Assembly: GCA_014905635.1 (NCBI GenBank)
Contig: JABVCE010000017.1
Span: forward strand, 124,001 to 188,000
Length of the DNA: 64,000 nucleotides
Direction: 5' to 3'
Origin: Scenedesmus sp. PABB004
Taxonomy: Eukaryota
Made by a program: the position numbers and the translations under genes
Shown: one piece after another, positions 59,544 through 64,000 of the stretch
Layout: each line of letters starts with the position of its first letter
Numbering within the stretch: position 1 is the first letter of the stretch
The notes under the pieces: model-generated
The model's input: only the letters and a program-made list of their open reading frames with translations
What the model was told of the DNA's origin: nothing
The model's database searches: none

Positions 59544-62500
59544 ATGGCGCGCCGGCGGACGCCCGCCCGCGCCGGCGGGCTGGCCGCGCTCGCGCTGGCG
59601 CTGGCGCTGGCGCTGGCGGCGGCGGCGCTGTCCGGAGCGGCAGACGCGGCGCCGGCGCCCTGGGGCCCGGGCAACCCGCCGCCGTCCCCCGCGCTGATCG
59701 TGCGGTTCAGCAAGGCGGCGCTGGACGACGCCGCGGGCGCGGCGACGACCGCGAGCGCGGCGGCCGCGTCCGCGCAGGCCGGCGCGGCGGCGGCGTCGGC
59801 GGCGCGCGCGCGCGCGGCGAGCGCGCCGGCAGCCAGGCGCGCGCGGCGGCGATCGCGTCGGCGGCGGCCGCCGCGGCGCCCGCCGTCGCGGCGGCGTCGG
59901 CGCGCGTCGCGGCGGCGGCCGCCGCGCTGGGTCTGCCGATCGAGAGCGACGTCCCGCTGACATCGGTCTTCCAGGGCGCCGTGCTGCACCTCGGCTCCGG
60001 GCGCACCCGCGCCGACGCGGAGCGCCTGCAGGCGCGCCTGGCCGACAACCCCCTGGTGGAGCGCGTCTGGGTCGCGGTGCGCGGCGCGCGGGCGCGGGGC
60101 GCGGCGGCGGCGTGTTGGGGCGCCCGGCCGCGCGCCGCTGGCCGCGGCGCGCAACGCCCCCTGCGCGCCGCGCCCGCCCGCCCGCCCACGCGCCCCCGCC
60201 CGCCGCCCCGCCCCGCCGCCGCAGGGCTCGCGCCGGCTCGTGGCGCCGGTGACCGCCGCGGAGGAGGCGGCGCAGCTGGCGGCCGCCGGCGTGCGCGACG
60301 GCGGCGGCGCCGCGACGGCCGCGGCGGCGGGCCGCCCCGCGGGCGCGTCCGGCCCCTCCGCCGCGGCGACCGGGTCCAGCGGGTCCACCGGCCTAGACCG
60401 CCTCGCCGCGGCGCACCCGGACGTGGACGGCAGCGGCACGCTCATCTGCGTCGTCGACACCGGTGCGGCTCACGCCCTGCCAGCAGGGTTCAGGCCCTGG
60501 CCCTGGCCCTCGCTCAACCCCAGGGCTCGGGCCGGCGCTTGTGCCGCCGCTGCGCCCCCAAACCAAGCCTGGCGCCGCTGCCCCCGCGCCCGCGCCCCCC
60601 GCGCCCCCGCGCCGCCCCGTGCTGCGCCGCGCAGGCGTGAACTACCGGCTTCCCATCTTCGGCAGCTGCACCTCCGTGGGCCAGCCCGCGGGGTCGTGCC
60701 GGGTCGTGACGGGGTGGGACTTTGTGGGGAACGACTACAACGGCGAGACCGGCAGCGACCCGGTCCAGGACCCCGAGCCGGTGCGGGGTTTTGTTTTAGG
60801 CCGGCCGCGCAGGGTTTTGGGCGGTGGGACTTGAACGCCTGAACCCCCGGACAACGCTCACAAACCCCTCAACCGCCCGCCCGCCCGTCTCGCCCCTCCC
60901 GCCGCGGCCGCCGCAGCTGGACTGCTACGGCCACGGCACCGCCGTCGCGTCGGTCGCGGCAACCTCCAACGGCGTCGCGCCGGGCGCGCTCATCGGCGCG
61001 TACCGCGTCTTCGGTGAGCCCCCTGCGCGTTGGCTCTCTGTCCCTGCTTCTCGGGGGCGTGGCCCGGGCCCACGGCCCGGCAACAATCCCGCCGCCCTGA
61101 CCCTCGCCCGCCGCGCGCCTCCCCGCCCTCCGCCGGCGCAAACGCAACCCCAACCGCGCCCGCAGGCTGCAGTGGCATGGCGACCGACGCGGTGATTGCC
61201 CCCGCGATCGACCGCGCGGTGCGGGACGGCTGCCACATCATCAACCTCTCCCTCGCCAGCGGCAGCGGCTTCGACGAGCGGGTGCGCGCGCGCCGCCGCC
61301 TAGGCTGCTCCCTGCTTTCCCCACGCGCGCCGCCGCCGCGCGGCGGCGGCGCGCGCCTCGCCGATGGATCGCTCGCGTGGCCGGTCAAAGCCCCCTGAAC
61401 CCTCCCGCCCCGCACGCTCCTAAACCCCCGCCCGCCCGCCCGCCCGACCCTAAACCCCGCCCTTCAGAGCGTGTACAACGACATCATGGCCTCTGCGGCG
61501 GCCGCGGGCGTGATCGTGACCAAAGCCGCCGGCAACCAGGGCGTGAGCGGGGCGTGGTACGAGGCCGACGTCGCGGTCGCGGCGGGCGCGATCGCGGTCG
61601 GGTCGGTCGGGTCGACGGCGGTGTCGCTCGACTCGCTGATGAAGGTCTCGGAGTTCAGCTCCTTCGGCCCGGTGCGTTATTTTTGTGTTGCTTTTTTGTG
61701 TTGCTTTTGCGTCACGCATGTTTGCTGCTCTTTTGTTTGCGCGCGAGAGCCCCCTGCCGCCCGCGCCGCGCCCCTGCTGACCCCTGCCCCACGCCGACCT
61801 CCCCCCCCTCTCCATCGCCCGCCGCGCAGCACCCGGGGCTGAAGCTCGGCCCGCACGTCTGCGCGCCGGGCGGCGGCATCAGCACAATCACCCAGGGCGG
61901 CGGCCCCAGCCGCGCGAGCGGGACGAGCTTCTCCACGCCCTACGTCTCCGGCCTGCTCGCGCTGTGGCGCCAGTTCAGGCTGCAGCAGGTGCGGGGGCTC
62001 GCGCTTTCGGCGCGCGGCGCGCGCCACGCCGGCGGCGCGGCGTTTTGTTGTCGGTCCGCCGCGGCGCGCCTCTTAGCCGGCGCGCGGCAGGCGGGCGAAA
62101 AACTGACGGCCCCGTCGCGCGCCGCAGGCCGCGGCGGCTGGCGTGATCTTGGACGAGGTGGCCGACCTCGGGCTGGAGGCGGCCAAGGCCGCGCTCGTCG
62201 GCTCGGCGGCGCCCGTGGTCGAGGCGGGTGACGCGCTGCCGACGCCCGTGGCGCGCTGCGGCGGCGGTGCGTCGCCGCCGCCGGCGCGCTCGCCGCCGGC
62301 ACGCGCGCGGCCCGGCCGCGCCACGCCCACGCGCTCCCACGCCCACACACAACACACCGCGCCTCTGCACGCGCAGGCCTGATCCAGGCCGACGTTCTGC
62401 TGGAGTCGGCGCTGACCATCGCGCCGCCGTCGCTCTCGCTGCCGAGCGCGCTGCGTGCGGGGCGGCACACCGAGACGCTGTCGCTCACGTGGCGTGGCGT

Positions 62501-64000
62501 GCTGCCGCCCGGCGGCGTGCGCTACCGCCTCACACACGCGCCAGCCTGGGCGGCGCCCATCACCAACGGCTGGTACAGGTGCGCAGGGGGGCGCCCCCCG
62601 GGAGGGAGGGGGGTGGGAGGGTCCCTTGCCGCCGGCCGGCGCTCTGGGCAGCGCCGCCCGCGCACCGCGCCCTGACGCCTCCCGCCCGCCGCCCCCCCCC
62701 CCCCCCCCCGCAGTACTGGATTCTATGAGCGCCGCCAGGCGCTGTCCGCCAACGTGACGTTTGACCCGCCGGAGGTCGAGCTCACGGCCGACAACGGCGG
62801 CCGCGCGACCGTCACGGTGCGACGCGCGGCGCGCAGCACGGCGCGCAGCGCGGCGAGGCGGCCTCTCCCTCGGCCGGCGCCGCCCGCTGCCAGCCACGAC
62901 CATCATCAACGCGCGGCGGCCGCGCCGCGCCGTGCCGCGCGCGCGCAGGTGACATTCAGGCTGCCCCAGGAGCTGCGCGACGCCGCGCTGCTGTACTCGG
63001 GCCACGTGCAGCTGCTGCCGATCAGCTCCGCCGGCGCCCCCGCCGCGCCGGGCGGCAACGACACGTCCGCGGGCGCCGCGGTGAGCCCGAGCCCGAGCCA
63101 GGCGCCGTCGGGCGGCGACGCGGCGCCGGCGTCGGCGTCGGCGCCGGTGCCGGTGCTGCAGGGCGTGCCGTATCAGGGCTACTCCAAGCCCTATAGCTCG
63201 CTCCGCATCCTCGCGCGCGCCGACGACGCGCTCGGGTGGGAGGCGACGACGCTGCGGGCGAACGCCAAGGCGCTCTGCTACGCGCCCTATTCGGAGACCT
63301 ACGGCGCGGGTGCGCTTTGCTGACTGTTTAGGGTTTTGGGGCGGCGGTTTTGAGAAGGGTTTGGCGTGGGCTCGGAGGGCCGTCCGCGACTCCAAGGGCG
63401 GACGCCCTCGGAGTGCTGCCGCTCGCTCGCCTCCCCACCACCCACGCGCGCGCGCGCGGGGCCCCGCCGCCGGAGCCCTCACCCCTAAACCCTTTTCCCG
63501 CCCGACCCTTTGACTCCCCCCCTCCCTCCCAGGCAACATCATGGACTATGGGCGCCGCGTGCCAGACGTCTGCGCCGGCGGCTTTGCGGCGACGGCCAAG
63601 GCCAACGTGCGCGTGAGCCTGTCCGCGCTGCGCGTGAGCCCCCGGTGCTCCATGCGAATCACGCTCGCGCCGGAGGTGCCCATGGCCTGGTGAGAGGCGG
63701 CGGCGGCAGCGGCGGCGGCAGCGGCAGCGCGCGCCCCAACACGATCAGAAATCGTCTCGGCCCTAAACCCCGCCCCGCGCTGCCCCCGCCCTGAACCCGC
63801 CAGGCTGAACGTCGACGTCCTCAACGCCACGACCGGCGCGCTGCTCGGCTCCCTCGCGCCCATCGACACCAGGTGCGCGCGCGGCGCCGTGGTTTAACGG
63901 GCGCCCGGGCGCTAATCCCCCCCCCCCCTCGGCCCCCGGCGAGGGGCCGCGTTCCTTTGCGGGGGCTCGCGGCTGGGGCGGCCGCGGGGCGCGCGCGCGT
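59544..64000 (+). CDS. Secreted subtilisin-like S8 serine protease, paralog 3 (3' end beyond the window)
   Basis: Signal LAALALALALALAAAALS, ICVVDTG|VNY / GHGTAVAS / AAGNQG / SGTSFSTP, YSGH, VPYQG, LCYAP. Probable indel near 59830. Confidence 0.88.

Overview
Very GC-rich, intron-dense eukaryotic nuclear DNA. TGTAA polyadenylation signals, TTTAGGG-like motifs and gene content suggest a chlorophyte green alga; this is an inference. The ORF track is mostly GC-driven noise, so genes were rebuilt by hand from spliced exons and boundaries are approximate. Bases 1-6900 are a 172-bp satellite array interrupted by a nested cluster of L1/Tx1-type LINE insertions. The rest holds about 14 genes: prolyl 4-hydroxylase, UDP-glucose pyrophosphorylase, CutA, prohibitin 2, DDI1, a GT90 glycosyltransferase, a peroxiredoxin-like protein, three paralogous secreted subtilases, a large low-complexity protein, a GRAM-like protein, an [FeFe]-hydrogenase, a small helical-repeat protein and organellar bL25. 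Most notable: (1) the hydrogenase keeps all four accessory Fe-S cluster motifs (clostridial M3 type), unlike canonical chlorophycean HydA; (2) an apparently self-targeting LINE sits in a satellite; (3) many introns have GC-AG boundaries and complementary telomere-like motifs at opposite ends; (4) a hydrogenase intron holds a three-hairpin array. Isolated frameshifts in conserved genes suggest residual assembly indels.
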